64,000 bases of DNA, taken from positions 99,210 through 163,209 of the forward strand of contig CAKTYZ010000003.1 in the NCBI GenBank assembly GCA_934635225.1, written 5' to 3'. Position 1 is the stretch's first letter. The number at the start of each line of letters is the position of its first letter. This stretch comes from an uncultured Kiritimatiellota bacterium (GTDB lineage Bacteria > Verrucomicrobiota > Kiritimatiellia > RFP12 > UBA1067). Positions 17,950-26,790 of the stretch are shown here, in pieces. Under the pieces are notes generated by a model, which saw only the letters and a list, made by a program, of their open reading frames with translations, did no database searches and was not told the origin of the DNA. The translations under genes were made by a program, and so were the position numbers.

Positions 17950-18260
17950 TTTGCTGTTTTCCTGTTTGGCTTATTTTGGATTTTAGAAGTCTTTGAGGGA
18001 AGGCTCTTGAATCAAGGCGCTTCGCGCAGACACGAAACGCCGCCGCTCGCGCGTCCTCATATCAACAGTCTCACGCAGAGCCGCAGAGAACGCAGAGATT
18101 CGCCGGACGCCCCTACGCGCTCTGCGCGAACCCTTGAAACAACACCGAATCAAGGCGTCGAGAAGAACCGCGAAGCCTTTTCGTGTTTCGACGTAAGGCT
18201 TGTTCGGCTTTCGTGGTCTGCGTCGCAGACGCCACCCTCTGACGCCATTGCGCCATTCCG

Positions 18261-21056
18261 CTATCTTTCCACCACATAATGGAACGTCGCCTGGCCGTCG
18301 CGGCCGGCCGTCGAGGCCGTGAAGCGCAACGCCCCGTCTTCGTGTCGCGCCGGAACCGCATAGCGGACACGCCCCTCTTCCGACAGCGCGGACACCCTCC
18401 ACGCGCCCTCCGGCACGGACAGCGCGACATCCGCCGATGCCTTGCGCACGAGCTGCGGCGCCTTGCCCCAGTCGAAGAGGATCTTCCGCGACGCGTCCGT
18501 GAACGTGATGCCCGTGTTGACCGTATCGACCAGATGCACGAGCAGAAGCCGCCGCGACGCGGCGATCTCCGCGCCGTCCAGTGCGCTGACCCAGAGCGCC
18601 GTCGGCTCGCGGTCGCCGGTCCGCACGCGCAGCGGCCCCGCCGCAAACGCGCCGCCCGGCACGTGGCCGCCGCACGTGCGCGGCGTCTCGACGACGAACG
18701 TCCCCTTCTCCGCGTCGATGCGCACCGCCCCGCCGCACGCGGACGGCAGCGGATCGTCCGCGCCAAGGCCGAGCGCGCGCCGCCGCACGGCGTCCAGGCT
18801 CTTGTGCGCGTAGTCGTCCGGGTAGCGGAAGACTTCGCGCACGCCGTCGGGCAGGGCGTCCGCCGCCGTCGCCGTGCCGACCTTGCCGTGCCACGTGAGC
18901 CAGTTGAGGTGATGCCACGTGTCCTCGGACGGCCCGACGTCCGCCGGACGCGCGAAGACGTCCTTCGGGACGACGTTCGCGAACTTCTTTCGCGCCTCCG
19001 GGAGGTCGCCGCGCAGGTAGAGGCAGACGGCGGCCAGGTCTGCCGCGCGCATCACGGGGTCGCCTGCCATGACGAACGCCCCGAGCGCCGCCGAGGCCGG
19101 GTCGGCATACTGCGTGCGGTCGCCCGCGAAGTCGAAGTGCCACAGCCCGCCCCAGCCCTGGAACGCCGCCGCCGCGCCGACGAACAGGCCCTGCCCCACG
19201 CGATACGGGTTGGGCGCGCAGTAGTTCCACTCCGTGACCGTGAACGGCTTTCCCCACTCCTTGGCGAACGAAGGGAAAACCGCGCCCATCGCGTTCTGCA
19301 CGGGGTTGCCCGTCCCCGCCGTGGACGGCGGCTTCCAGTTCTGCCCGAGGAAGTTCGGATGGTCCTGGTAGAAATGCCCGTCCACGTAGTCGTAGGGCTT
19401 CACGCGCGCCAGCCGCGTGTGCATCGGATGGAACACGCCGTTCATGTCGCAGAGAAGCGCCTTGCACCCCAGCTCCTCGCGCAGGAACTGCCGCGTCCGC
19501 CGGGCGAAGCGCCGTTCGGCGTCCGAGAGGAACAGCTTGAAGGCGACGGCGTGCCGCGTCGGCGCCATGACGTTTTCGGGGAAGTTCTCCGGGATGTCCG
19601 CGTAGTCGGCGGGCGACGTCTCCCGCTTGACGGCCAGCCACCGCTTCCACGCCGTCCGCCAGGCCTCGAAGCCTTCGAGGCGCGCCGTGTCGGCGCCGAG
19701 GCAGCCCTCGTTCACGAGCGAGATCCAGCCGAGCGCCGGCTCCTCCGCGAGCGACCGCCCCGTATAGACGTTCCTGTGCGCGAGGAAGTTCCGCGCGAAC
19801 GCCAGGTAGTTGGAGTAGACGCCTTCATGGACCTGCACGAGGGCCTTGAAGTCCCCCATCCCGATCAGCCCGTTGCGGTCGAAGCCGACGCTCCGCCACG
19901 TGATGTTCCAGCTGCGCGAGCAGAAGAGGTCGGTCGTGAGGTAGAGCCCGTTCGCGACGCACGCGGCGACGAGCGCGTCGAAGCGCGCCATCTTCACGGG
20001 GTCGGGCGTGATGCCGTCCGGCGCGCGCTCCAGCAGCTCCGACTCCTGATGGTGGATGCGCACGGCGTTGTAACCCATCCGCGCGAGGCGCACGGCGAGC
20101 GCATCCGCCTCGGTCTTCGTCTCGGGACAGAGCGCGCGCGTGCAGAGGTTGACGCCGTAGAAGCGCGCCGGCACGCCCGGACGCCCCTCGAACGCGAAGT
20201 CGTCCCCCTTCGCGACGATCCGCCCCCATTTCCCAGCGGGGGCGCCCGTCGGGCGCATCGCCGAGAAGTCGAGCGGCGAACCGGCGAGAACCGTCTTCGC
20301 GGGCTTGAACGGCACCCAGCCCTTCCCGCCGGAGATGACGTAGTTGCCGTCCGGCCCGACCGTGAGGCCGCCCGGCGCGGAAACCGACAGGGCCACCGCC
20401 GCCGTCACGCCCGGCGCGGGACGACCCGCAATCGACACGCACAGGATCAGCTTGCCGCCGATCTTCGGGTCGCCGGACATCTCCACACCGACGGGACGCG
20501 GCGCGCCGAAGTCGACAGTCATCCGCTCCTGTCCGTGCACGTCAACGAGCGTCAGGACACGGACCTTCCTGTCGAAGCAGCGCGACTTCGGGTTCACGAC
20601 GGGAATCTCGATTCGCGCGCCGTCCGCGACGAGCGCGCCGCCCGCGTAGTCTTCAAGCGGAAGCGTGCCGCGCAGCTCCAGCGAGACGCACGCCGCCTTC
20701 TCCTGCGGCGTCAGCGACCACTCGGCCCGTACGGCACCGTCCGCGTCGCGGAACGAGCAGATTCCGTCCACGTCGCCCTGCGCCCCCGCCCACAGCGGAA
20801 TGAAGCACTTTCGGTTGCCGTCCTTATCCGGCTTGAGGCCGTCCGCCGCCTCCCGCACCTCCCATGTGCCGTTCTTCACGACGTAGGCGCGCGGACGGAA
20901 CTCAACCCCTGCGTACGGCACGCGCAGAATCGCCCCGTAGGCGGGGCGCGCCTCATGGACGGCGCGCGGGGACGCGTCCGCAAACGCGCCCCATGCAGCC
21001 AAAGCCAACAGCCCCAACAGGCCGTTCGCCGAGCAGATTCCTTTCTTCAGCAACAT
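18261..21056 (-). CDS. secreted clan GH-A (GH5-like) TIM-barrel glycoside hydrolase, large multidomain
   Basis: 931 aa with a signal peptide. Candidate acid/base SLVNEG and nucleophile FTVTEWN have the spacing typical of clan GH-A. Family assignment is uncertain. Confidence 0.45.
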   Translation of the reverse strand: MLLKKGICSANGLLGLLALAAWGAFADASPRAVHEARPAYGAILRVPYAGVEFRPRAYVVKNGTWEVREAADGLKPDKDGNRKCFIPLWAGAQGDVDGICSFRDADGAVRAEWSLTPQEKAACVSLELRGTLPLEDYAGGALVADGARIEIPVVNPKSRCFDRKVRVLTLVDVHGQERMTVDFGAPRPVGVEMSGDPKIGGKLILCVSIAGRPAPGVTAAVALSVSAPGGLTVGPDGNYVISGGKGWVPFKPAKTVLAGSPLDFSAMRPTGAPAGKWGRIVAKGDDFAFEGRPGVPARFYGVNLCTRALCPETKTEADALAVRLARMGYNAVRIHHQESELLERAPDGITPDPVKMARFDALVAACVANGLYLTTDLFCSRSWNITWRSVGFDRNGLIGMGDFKALVQVHEGVYSNYLAFARNFLAHRNVYTGRSLAEEPALGWISLVNEGCLGADTARLEGFEAWRTAWKRWLAVKRETSPADYADIPENFPENVMAPTRHAVAFKLFLSDAERRFARRTRQFLREELGCKALLCDMNGVFHPMHTRLARVKPYDYVDGHFYQDHPNFLGQNWKPPSTAGTGNPVQNAMGAVFPSFAKEWGKPFTVTEWNYCAPNPYRVGQGLFVGAAAAFQGWGGLWHFDFAGDRTQYADPASAALGAFVMAGDPVMRAADLAAVCLYLRGDLPEARKKFANVVPKDVFARPADVGPSEDTWHHLNWLTWHGKVGTATAADALPDGVREVFRYPDDYAHKSLDAVRRRALGLGADDPLPSACGGAVRIDAEKGTFVVETPRTCGGHVPGGAFAAGPLRVRTGDREPTALWVSALDGAEIAASRRLLLVHLVDTVNTGITFTDASRKILFDWGKAPQLVRKASADVALSVPEGAWRVSALSEEGRVRYAVPARHEDGALRFTASTAGRDGQATFHYVVER

Positions 21057-21065
21057 GTCCTCACC

Positions 21066-23939
21066 TCACTTGATCAGGAGCAGCAAGCCGCGCCGCACCT
21101 TTGCGAGAACGGTGCTGCCCTTGATCTTAAACGTCACCTTGTCCGTCGCGGTTCCGTTCAATTGGCACGTCCACTCCGACAGGTCTGTCGCACCCGTCAA
21201 TGACGTGGCCCGCGCGACGACATAGGAACGCCGCGTGTCCGCAAGCAGTGCCTCCTCCGTCTCGGCGAAGCACACCGTCGCGACCGCCGGCAGGGTCAGC
21301 GTCCCCGTCATGTCAATGGCCGGCGTGTCCTGCGTGCAGTTGAGGACGGCGTTCTCGGCGAGCGCCAACGCGCCCGGCCCGAAGACCGTGCCCGTGAAGC
21401 CCGAAGCCGATGCCGCCCGGATCGCACCGCTGACGGAAGCGAAGACCTCGCCCGCGCCCGCAATCCCCGCCACGGACGTCGGCGACTGAAGACGAAGCGC
21501 GGCCCCGGCCTCGACGACGACGGTCGAGCCGTCCAGCACGCCCGGCACGGCGCCCGTCTCCAGCGACTGCACGAGGCGGCGAACCTGCGCGGCGGCCAAC
21601 GCCTCGGCGAAGACCTGCACATCGTCGAGCTTGCACTCGAAGTGGCTAGGCTTGGCCGGGTTGTAGGCGATGTAGACCGTGCCGTTCGCGTCGATGTCGG
21701 GCGTCACGTTCGATTCGCTGTTGACCCTGTACCCGTCCTGATAGCACGTCAACGTCTTCGCGTCCGCGTCGTAGACAAACGTGCTCGTCACGTAGCTGTT
21801 CGCGAGAATGCCATCCGACGTCTGCTTCTCAGAATCCCCGGACGTGCTGCTCTTCCACGCATAGCCCAGACGGCGCGGGTAGTTCCCGTTGCCGATGCGG
21901 AAGAACTTCCCCGCCGTCGTGACGTCGCCCATCGAGAACAGGTCGAGGCCCTGACCGCCGCCCGTACCGGACAGGCGGACGTTGACCGTGAACGACGCGC
22001 TGCCGGACGGGAAGTTCGCGGGCAGACCCGCGCCGTTCCATTTCAAGTAGGCGCCGTCCTTCGTGAATCGCGCGGCATGGCCGTAGTCGTCCGCGTCCGA
22101 CGTCAGGCTCAGCGTCCCGCCGACGGACTCAAGGTCGTAGCCGTTGCTGCTCGTGTCCTTGCCCGGATTCTCCGCGTCGTTGAACGCCCAGCGCGCAACC
22201 GGCGCGGGAACCGCCGCAGCCTCCGCCGTCGGCGCCGGGAACGGCTCGTCGTGAAGCGCTTTCACTTCCTCCGCCGAAAGGGCCCGGTTGAACACCAACA
22301 GCTCGTCGTAGTCGGCGACAGTTCTCCTGCCAAGGGAGATGGGCGTATTCCCGACATTCCAATCCTTTGTCTTGGTCACGGGATTCTGCCCGTTCGTGTA
22401 AAGCGTCAGCTCGGCACCGTCAAACGTGAGCGCGTACTGACGCCAGTGCCCGTCCTGCCACGGGCTTTGCCAGACATAGTTTCCCTGAAGGGTCATAAGG
22501 GTGCCCGGCGCGTATCCGTCTACGGACGTGGCGCCCAAGATGACGTCGGTTGCATGGCTCTCCGTCGTGTAATTCCCCAGCTCCAGGAACCGTCCGCCAT
22601 TCGTCCAGGTGTCCTTCGAGTCCGTGCGCACCCAGAACGAGATCGTGAACGGCGTCTTTCCCTTGATGAAGGTGCTCGCCGTCGTCTGCATCTGCGCCGC
22701 GCCATCGAAGCGGACGGCGCGCGAGCCGCCCAAGCCGTCCGCGACGGAAGTCGGCGTCCCGGACGCCACCTTCAGGTCGTTCGCGCCCATGTCGTCCGTC
22801 GTGAGGTCGCCGTCGAACGAGTAGCGGCTGACGAGACCCGCCGGATAGCCCGAAAGCGCCGTGCCGGCCGTGTCGGCGGCAACGAGCGTGCCGGACTTGA
22901 CGCGCACCGTCCCCTTTAGCGCGTTCGCGCCCGACAGCGTCAGCGCCTTGCCGGGCGCGTCCAGCACGAGCGTCCCCGCGCCCGACAACCGCGCGCCGTA
23001 CGCACCGCCGTCCGTCACCGTCAGCGTCTTGCCGTCGGCGATCTCGATGCCGCCGACGGCCGCGTTGCCGGACACGTCCGCAACCGTCTGGTCGCGCGCG
23101 ACGACGAGCGTCCCCGTCTCCTCATTGACGATCTTCGCCTGTGGGCCGAGCGACCCCGTCACGTTCACCCGCGTCTCGCGCAGTCGAATCGTCCCGGAGA
23201 AATCGGGCGAATCACCGGACAGCGTCCACGTCTCCCCGCCGCGCAGGGTGAACGACCCCGCACCCGACAGCGCGCCCGCGAACGTCCCCGCCGCACGCTT
23301 GACCGTCGCCGTCACGCCGCTGCCCAACGCGAGGCGGTCCGCCGCGCTTTCGGACGTGAGACGGCACGTCGTGAACGACTTCTCGGCCGTGGCCCGTGCA
23401 CCGTTCTTCAAGGCGAGTTCGCCCGACCCGTTCGCGTTCAGGCCGACTTTCAGGGCGGCGGCCACGCCGTCCAAGGTCAGCTTGCCGCCGCTGTAATCGC
23501 CCCTCCACACGTCATTCAGCCACAGCGTCCCGCGGCCCGTGACAGTGACGCGCCAACCGTCAAATCCCCAATGATCGCCGACCTTGAATCGCGCATCCAC
23601 TGTCGTTCCGGTCGGGATCTCGATCGTCCCGGACGCGGGCTTGACCGTCTTGTCCGCCGTCCAGACGATCGTTCCCTTGTCCGCACCGAATGTGACGGCA
23701 CCGAACGTCGTCGTCGCGTCGTTGTGGATTGTCGCGCCGTCCGCGAGCACCGTGAAGTCGAGGTCGTTTGCCACCGACCAGTCGGGCGTTGCGTTCCAGT
23801 TGGCGTCATCGCTCCATTTGGTGCCGTCACCGCCGCCCGTCCAGACCAATTGCCCGGCTTCAAGGCCGCCCATGGCCAGCCCCGCCACCAGCGCGATCCA
23901 ACACCGACTCATCTGCCGCTTCATTTTCAGTCTTTTCAT
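21066..23939 (-). CDS. giant secreted LamG (concanavalin-A-like) domain protein with autotransporter-associated beta-strand (PATR-like) repeats
   Basis: 957 aa. Signal peptide, Gly/Thr-rich repeated beta-strand units (GxGTLxL.., SGAG) and two LamG-like modules (FTISFWVRTDSKD.. and FTVNVRLSG..). Confidence 0.5.
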   Translation of the reverse strand: MKRLKMKRQMSRCWIALVAGLAMGGLEAGQLVWTGGGDGTKWSDDANWNATPDWSVANDLDFTVLADGATIHNDATTTFGAVTFGADKGTIVWTADKTVKPASGTIEIPTGTTVDARFKVGDHWGFDGWRVTVTGRGTLWLNDVWRGDYSGGKLTLDGVAAALKVGLNANGSGELALKNGARATAEKSFTTCRLTSESAADRLALGSGVTATVKRAAGTFAGALSGAGSFTLRGGETWTLSGDSPDFSGTIRLRETRVNVTGSLGPQAKIVNEETGTLVVARDQTVADVSGNAAVGGIEIADGKTLTVTDGGAYGARLSGAGTLVLDAPGKALTLSGANALKGTVRVKSGTLVAADTAGTALSGYPAGLVSRYSFDGDLTTDDMGANDLKVASGTPTSVADGLGGSRAVRFDGAAQMQTTASTFIKGKTPFTISFWVRTDSKDTWTNGGRFLELGNYTTESHATDVILGATSVDGYAPGTLMTLQGNYVWQSPWQDGHWRQYALTFDGAELTLYTNGQNPVTKTKDWNVGNTPISLGRRTVADYDELLVFNRALSAEEVKALHDEPFPAPTAEAAAVPAPVARWAFNDAENPGKDTSSNGYDLESVGGTLSLTSDADDYGHAARFTKDGAYLKWNGAGLPANFPSGSASFTVNVRLSGTGGGQGLDLFSMGDVTTAGKFFRIGNGNYPRRLGYAWKSSTSGDSEKQTSDGILANSYVTSTFVYDADAKTLTCYQDGYRVNSESNVTPDIDANGTVYIAYNPAKPSHFECKLDDVQVFAEALAAAQVRRLVQSLETGAVPGVLDGSTVVVEAGAALRLQSPTSVAGIAGAGEVFASVSGAIRAASASGFTGTVFGPGALALAENAVLNCTQDTPAIDMTGTLTLPAVATVCFAETEEALLADTRRSYVVARATSLTGATDLSEWTCQLNGTATDKVTFKIKGSTVLAKVRRGLLLLIK

Positions 23940-24000
23940 TTCTTGCTTCCTTGTCGTTATTTCGTCAGTGAACAGAAATCAGATTGCCAAGGACAGTCAA

Positions 24001-24065
24001 TCTCACACGGAGTGACGGAGGCACGGCGACTTGAACGCTCCGTTTCTCCGTGGCTCCGTGTGAGA
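24001..24065 (-). promoter_or_regulatory. long imperfect hairpin (12-bp outer stem TCTCACACGGAG / CTCCGTGTGAGA) in the 5' region of the LamG-protein gene
   Basis: Inverted repeat seen directly at 24001-24012 and 24054-24065, with a nested inner stem (GACGGAG / CTCCGT). Two smaller hairpins follow at 24077-24125. Located 60-170 nt upstream of the 23939 start. Confidence 0.3.
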
Positions 24066-24167
24066 CTAAACCCTGTCTCAGCGAGACAGAATCCTGTCGC
24101 ACAGCAGGCGCACAGCGCAAGCGCACGCAGGGCCATCAGGCGGCCCTCAGCGGCCTCAGCTAAAGGC

Positions 24168-24178
24168 GGGGGGGGGGG
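24168..24178. repeat. G11 homopolymer tract preceded by AGCTAAA
   Basis: 11 consecutive G counted on the plus strand (C11 on the coding minus strand), about 230 nt upstream of the LamG-protein gene. The context AGCTAAAGGC-G11-TA parallels the second tract at 56312-56322. Confidence 0.6.
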
Positions 24179-24337
24179 TATTGGAACCGTGCGCGAACAC
24201 GCCTGCGTGGCCTCTGCCGCGCCTCACGAGGGCTCTCCGCCCCATGTTCTCGAACGCCCTCCTCACCATTACGGCTGGCATGATACCAAATTTCGCTTCT
24301 CCACGCAACTCCCTCATGTGGGCGAAGCAGGACCGCG

Positions 24338-26731
24338 TCACCGTGCGCAGCTGAACTTTGGATCCATCGCCCGCAAGACCGTCCAGGCCGCGAGCGCACG
24401 GACGTAGTGGTGCCCGCACTCGGCCTCGTCGAACGGGTTGCGCTTGCGCCCGTCGTAGCGGTCGCGGACGTCGCGGACAACCCGTTCGGCCTCCGCCCGG
24501 TCGTCGTTCCACGCCAGGAGCGCGGCAACGACATACTCGAACCCCGTCATCGTCTCGCGGTAGTACGGGAACGGCGAACGCGGGAAGCGGGCATCAGGAT
24601 ACCACGCCATCTTCAGCGAAACCTCGTCGCCGAGCGCGTAGGAGCGCATCGGATTGAACGTCGCGTCACTCCGCTGGCGGCAACGCGCCACGACCGTCGC
24701 GAGAGCCTTTCTCGCGTGCGCGCGGTCGGCGACTGGAGCTATCCCGGCGGCCTGTGCGGAGAAGTCGCCCAGCAGCTGGTCAATGAGGCAGCCGGCGCCC
24801 AGCTGGAAGTCCGGTTCGGACAGCTCTTCCGCCGTCCGCGCGTGCACCTGCAGGCCGTCGGCCACCGGGCCCTGAGGCGGCGTCACGCGCTGTTCGTAGT
24901 AGACGCCGTTGAACAGGTTCCTCTCCGTCCACGCCGCCCCGCGTCGCTTCAGTTCGCGGCAGGTCTCCGCAAACGCACGGTCGTCGCACATCTCAGACAT
25001 CTGCACGGAGGCCTCCAGCGCGGCCAAGTAAACGAATTCCATCTGCGGATTCGGTCCGTAGTATTCGACGTCCATCGTGTTGTGCTGGCATCCCTCCATG
25101 ACGCCGTCCCGGTCAGCGTCCCAGCCTCCAGAGATCCACGCGAAGGCGAGCGCACGGCGGATGGCCGGCCACGTCTTCCGCAGCCAATCGCGGTCGCCCG
25201 TCTTCCGCACATATTCGAGCGCCTTGACGACGCACTGCATCTGCCCGTCGGCGCACGCGACGCCGAGATCCTTCGCATTGTCCGCCAGCGGCAGTCGAAC
25301 GCGGAAGCGCATGTGGCCGTTCGCCGCGAGCTGGGCGCCGAAGGCGTTGTCCAGCATTGATCGCGCGAGTTCCGGCCACAAATCGACAAGGGCATGTTCG
25401 TAGCCCCACACGTGCGTGCAGTTGCCGTAGCAACTGCCCTCGCCGTCCAGGCACCCCTCCCAGCCGTAGAAGTTGCCGTCCGCCGTCCGAAAGCACGTCT
25501 CCGTGCGCAGCGTCGAGAGGTTGAAGAGCGCCGCCTCCTTCACGACGGCGGGGGCGTCCGCCGCAAGGACACGCCGGACAAACGCGACGGTTCCCGCCTC
25601 CAGTTCCGGCAAGTCGCGCACAAACGCGGCGGCGGCCTCCGCCGCCGAGGCGAACTTCGTCGCGTACCAGTTGCCCAGCACATGGTCAGCGACGTCCTCC
25701 TCATGATTCCACTCCCAGCCGAAGCGGTTGGGGAACCGCCACGCGAGAATGAACGGCACGGCCTTCGTCTCGCCGGGCGCGAGCTCCACCGCGACGGCGA
25801 GCTGGGCGAGCGGCAACTTCTTCGTCGCCGAGGCGTCCTGCGCGTCCGTGTCCGCCACGTCGCCCCGCGCGACAAAGCGTGACCAGAACCGATCCATGCC
25901 AACGCCCCAGCCGGGCTCGCGGACGTCCGTCGCCGTCGAGACCGCACCGACCCCATCCGGCACGAACAGACCGAACTCGCCATCCGCCGCGTTGGCGATT
26001 TCGCCGCCCAGCAGCCGGAACTTCCGCGTGTCGACCTGCCGCCCCGACAGGCAGACGCCCGTAAGACCGCCCTTCTCGACACGGCGCTCGTCGCGGACGA
26101 CGGGCGTCTTGCGGTCGGCGAAACGCGGCGCGCGCCCGCAGCAATTGACCAGCGTGCCGACGACAGACGCCTTGACACGCGACGGCGAGCGGTTCGTCAG
26201 CCGCCAGCGCAGAAGAATGACGGGAAGGCCGCTCTTGAGCGTGTCGCCGGGCACCAGCGGATTCATCGCCTCCAACGTGACGTCCACGGGCATCCCGCCG
26301 TCCGAGAGCTCGACCTGCGCAAGCGGATAGGCGGCCTTGAAGATGGCCTTGCCGAAGCGCGGATAGCCTTGGTTGACGGCGCGCGACCCGACATCGCCCT
26401 CGTATTCCGAAAGCGGCACGGGGCCTTCCAGCAGCCGCGCGACGCGGCGGCCGTCCGCCGTCTCGCACCGCAGGGCGAACGCCGGCTGATAGATCGGCGG
26501 CCAAAGGTAGCTTGTCGACGGAACGAAGCCTTTCGCTGGCTCGTTGAAAATCTCCCAGTCCACGAGTCCGCCTCGACCGGAGAGTGAGATCGTCCCGGTG
26601 CCGATTCCGCCCAGCGGCATCTTCACCTTTTCGAGATTCGCCCCCTCGTAGGTCTTCAGCACAGGCCAGTCCGCCGCGCACAGATGGGCGGCCACAGTTA
26701 GGCAAACGAAACTCAACGCGACTTTTCTCAT
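24338..26731 (-). CDS. GH116-family beta-glucosidase (GBA2-type, non-lysosomal glucosylceramidase-like)
   Basis: Signal peptide MRKVALSFVCLTVAAHLCA. The N-domain hallmark KMPLGGIGTGTISLSGRGG matches the GBA2 PLGGIGGGTI motif. Long catalytic (alpha/alpha)6-type C-region. Start set at M17 because the upstream codons overlap the conserved promoter motif. Confidence 0.6.
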   Translation of the reverse strand: MRKVALSFVCLTVAAHLCAADWPVLKTYEGANLEKVKMPLGGIGTGTISLSGRGGLVDWEIFNEPAKGFVPSTSYLWPPIYQPAFALRCETADGRRVARLLEGPVPLSEYEGDVGSRAVNQGYPRFGKAIFKAAYPLAQVELSDGGMPVDVTLEAMNPLVPGDTLKSGLPVILLRWRLTNRSPSRVKASVVGTLVNCCGRAPRFADRKTPVVRDERRVEKGGLTGVCLSGRQVDTRKFRLLGGEIANAADGEFGLFVPDGVGAVSTATDVREPGWGVGMDRFWSRFVARGDVADTDAQDASATKKLPLAQLAVAVELAPGETKAVPFILAWRFPNRFGWEWNHEEDVADHVLGNWYATKFASAAEAAAAFVRDLPELEAGTVAFVRRVLAADAPAVVKEAALFNLSTLRTETCFRTADGNFYGWEGCLDGEGSCYGNCTHVWGYEHALVDLWPELARSMLDNAFGAQLAANGHMRFRVRLPLADNAKDLGVACADGQMQCVVKALEYVRKTGDRDWLRKTWPAIRRALAFAWISGGWDADRDGVMEGCQHNTMDVEYYGPNPQMEFVYLAALEASVQMSEMCDDRAFAETCRELKRRGAAWTERNLFNGVYYEQRVTPPQGPVADGLQVHARTAEELSEPDFQLGAGCLIDQLLGDFSAQAAGIAPVADRAHARKALATVVARCRQRSDATFNPMRSYALGDEVSLKMAWYPDARFPRSPFPYYRETMTGFEYVVAALLAWNDDRAEAERVVRDVRDRYDGRKRNPFDEAECGHHYVRALAAWTVLRAMDPKFSCAR

Positions 26732-26739
26732 TTCGCCCC

Positions 26740-26790
26740 GTAGTATAGCATCCTCGCCGCGCCAAGGTCCACTACTCAAATGAGTAGTGC
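26740..26790 (-). promoter_or_regulatory. conserved 30-bp palindrome-containing motif plus TATACTAC -10 box (copy 2 of 3) upstream of the GH116 gene
   Basis: On the minus strand: GCACTACTCATTTGAGTAGTGGACCTTGGC, 13 nt, TATACTAC, 8 nt, ATG(26731). The 30-mer is identical at 35972-36001 and 42472-42501. Confidence 0.55.

Noticed and set aside
18279-21203. 974-aa plus-strand ORF and 555-aa/217-aa minus ORFs (17983-19650, 18113-18766)
   Set aside because: They overlap the GH5-like gene in other frames. Extreme Arg/Gly/Ala content and no motifs. High-GC frame artefacts.
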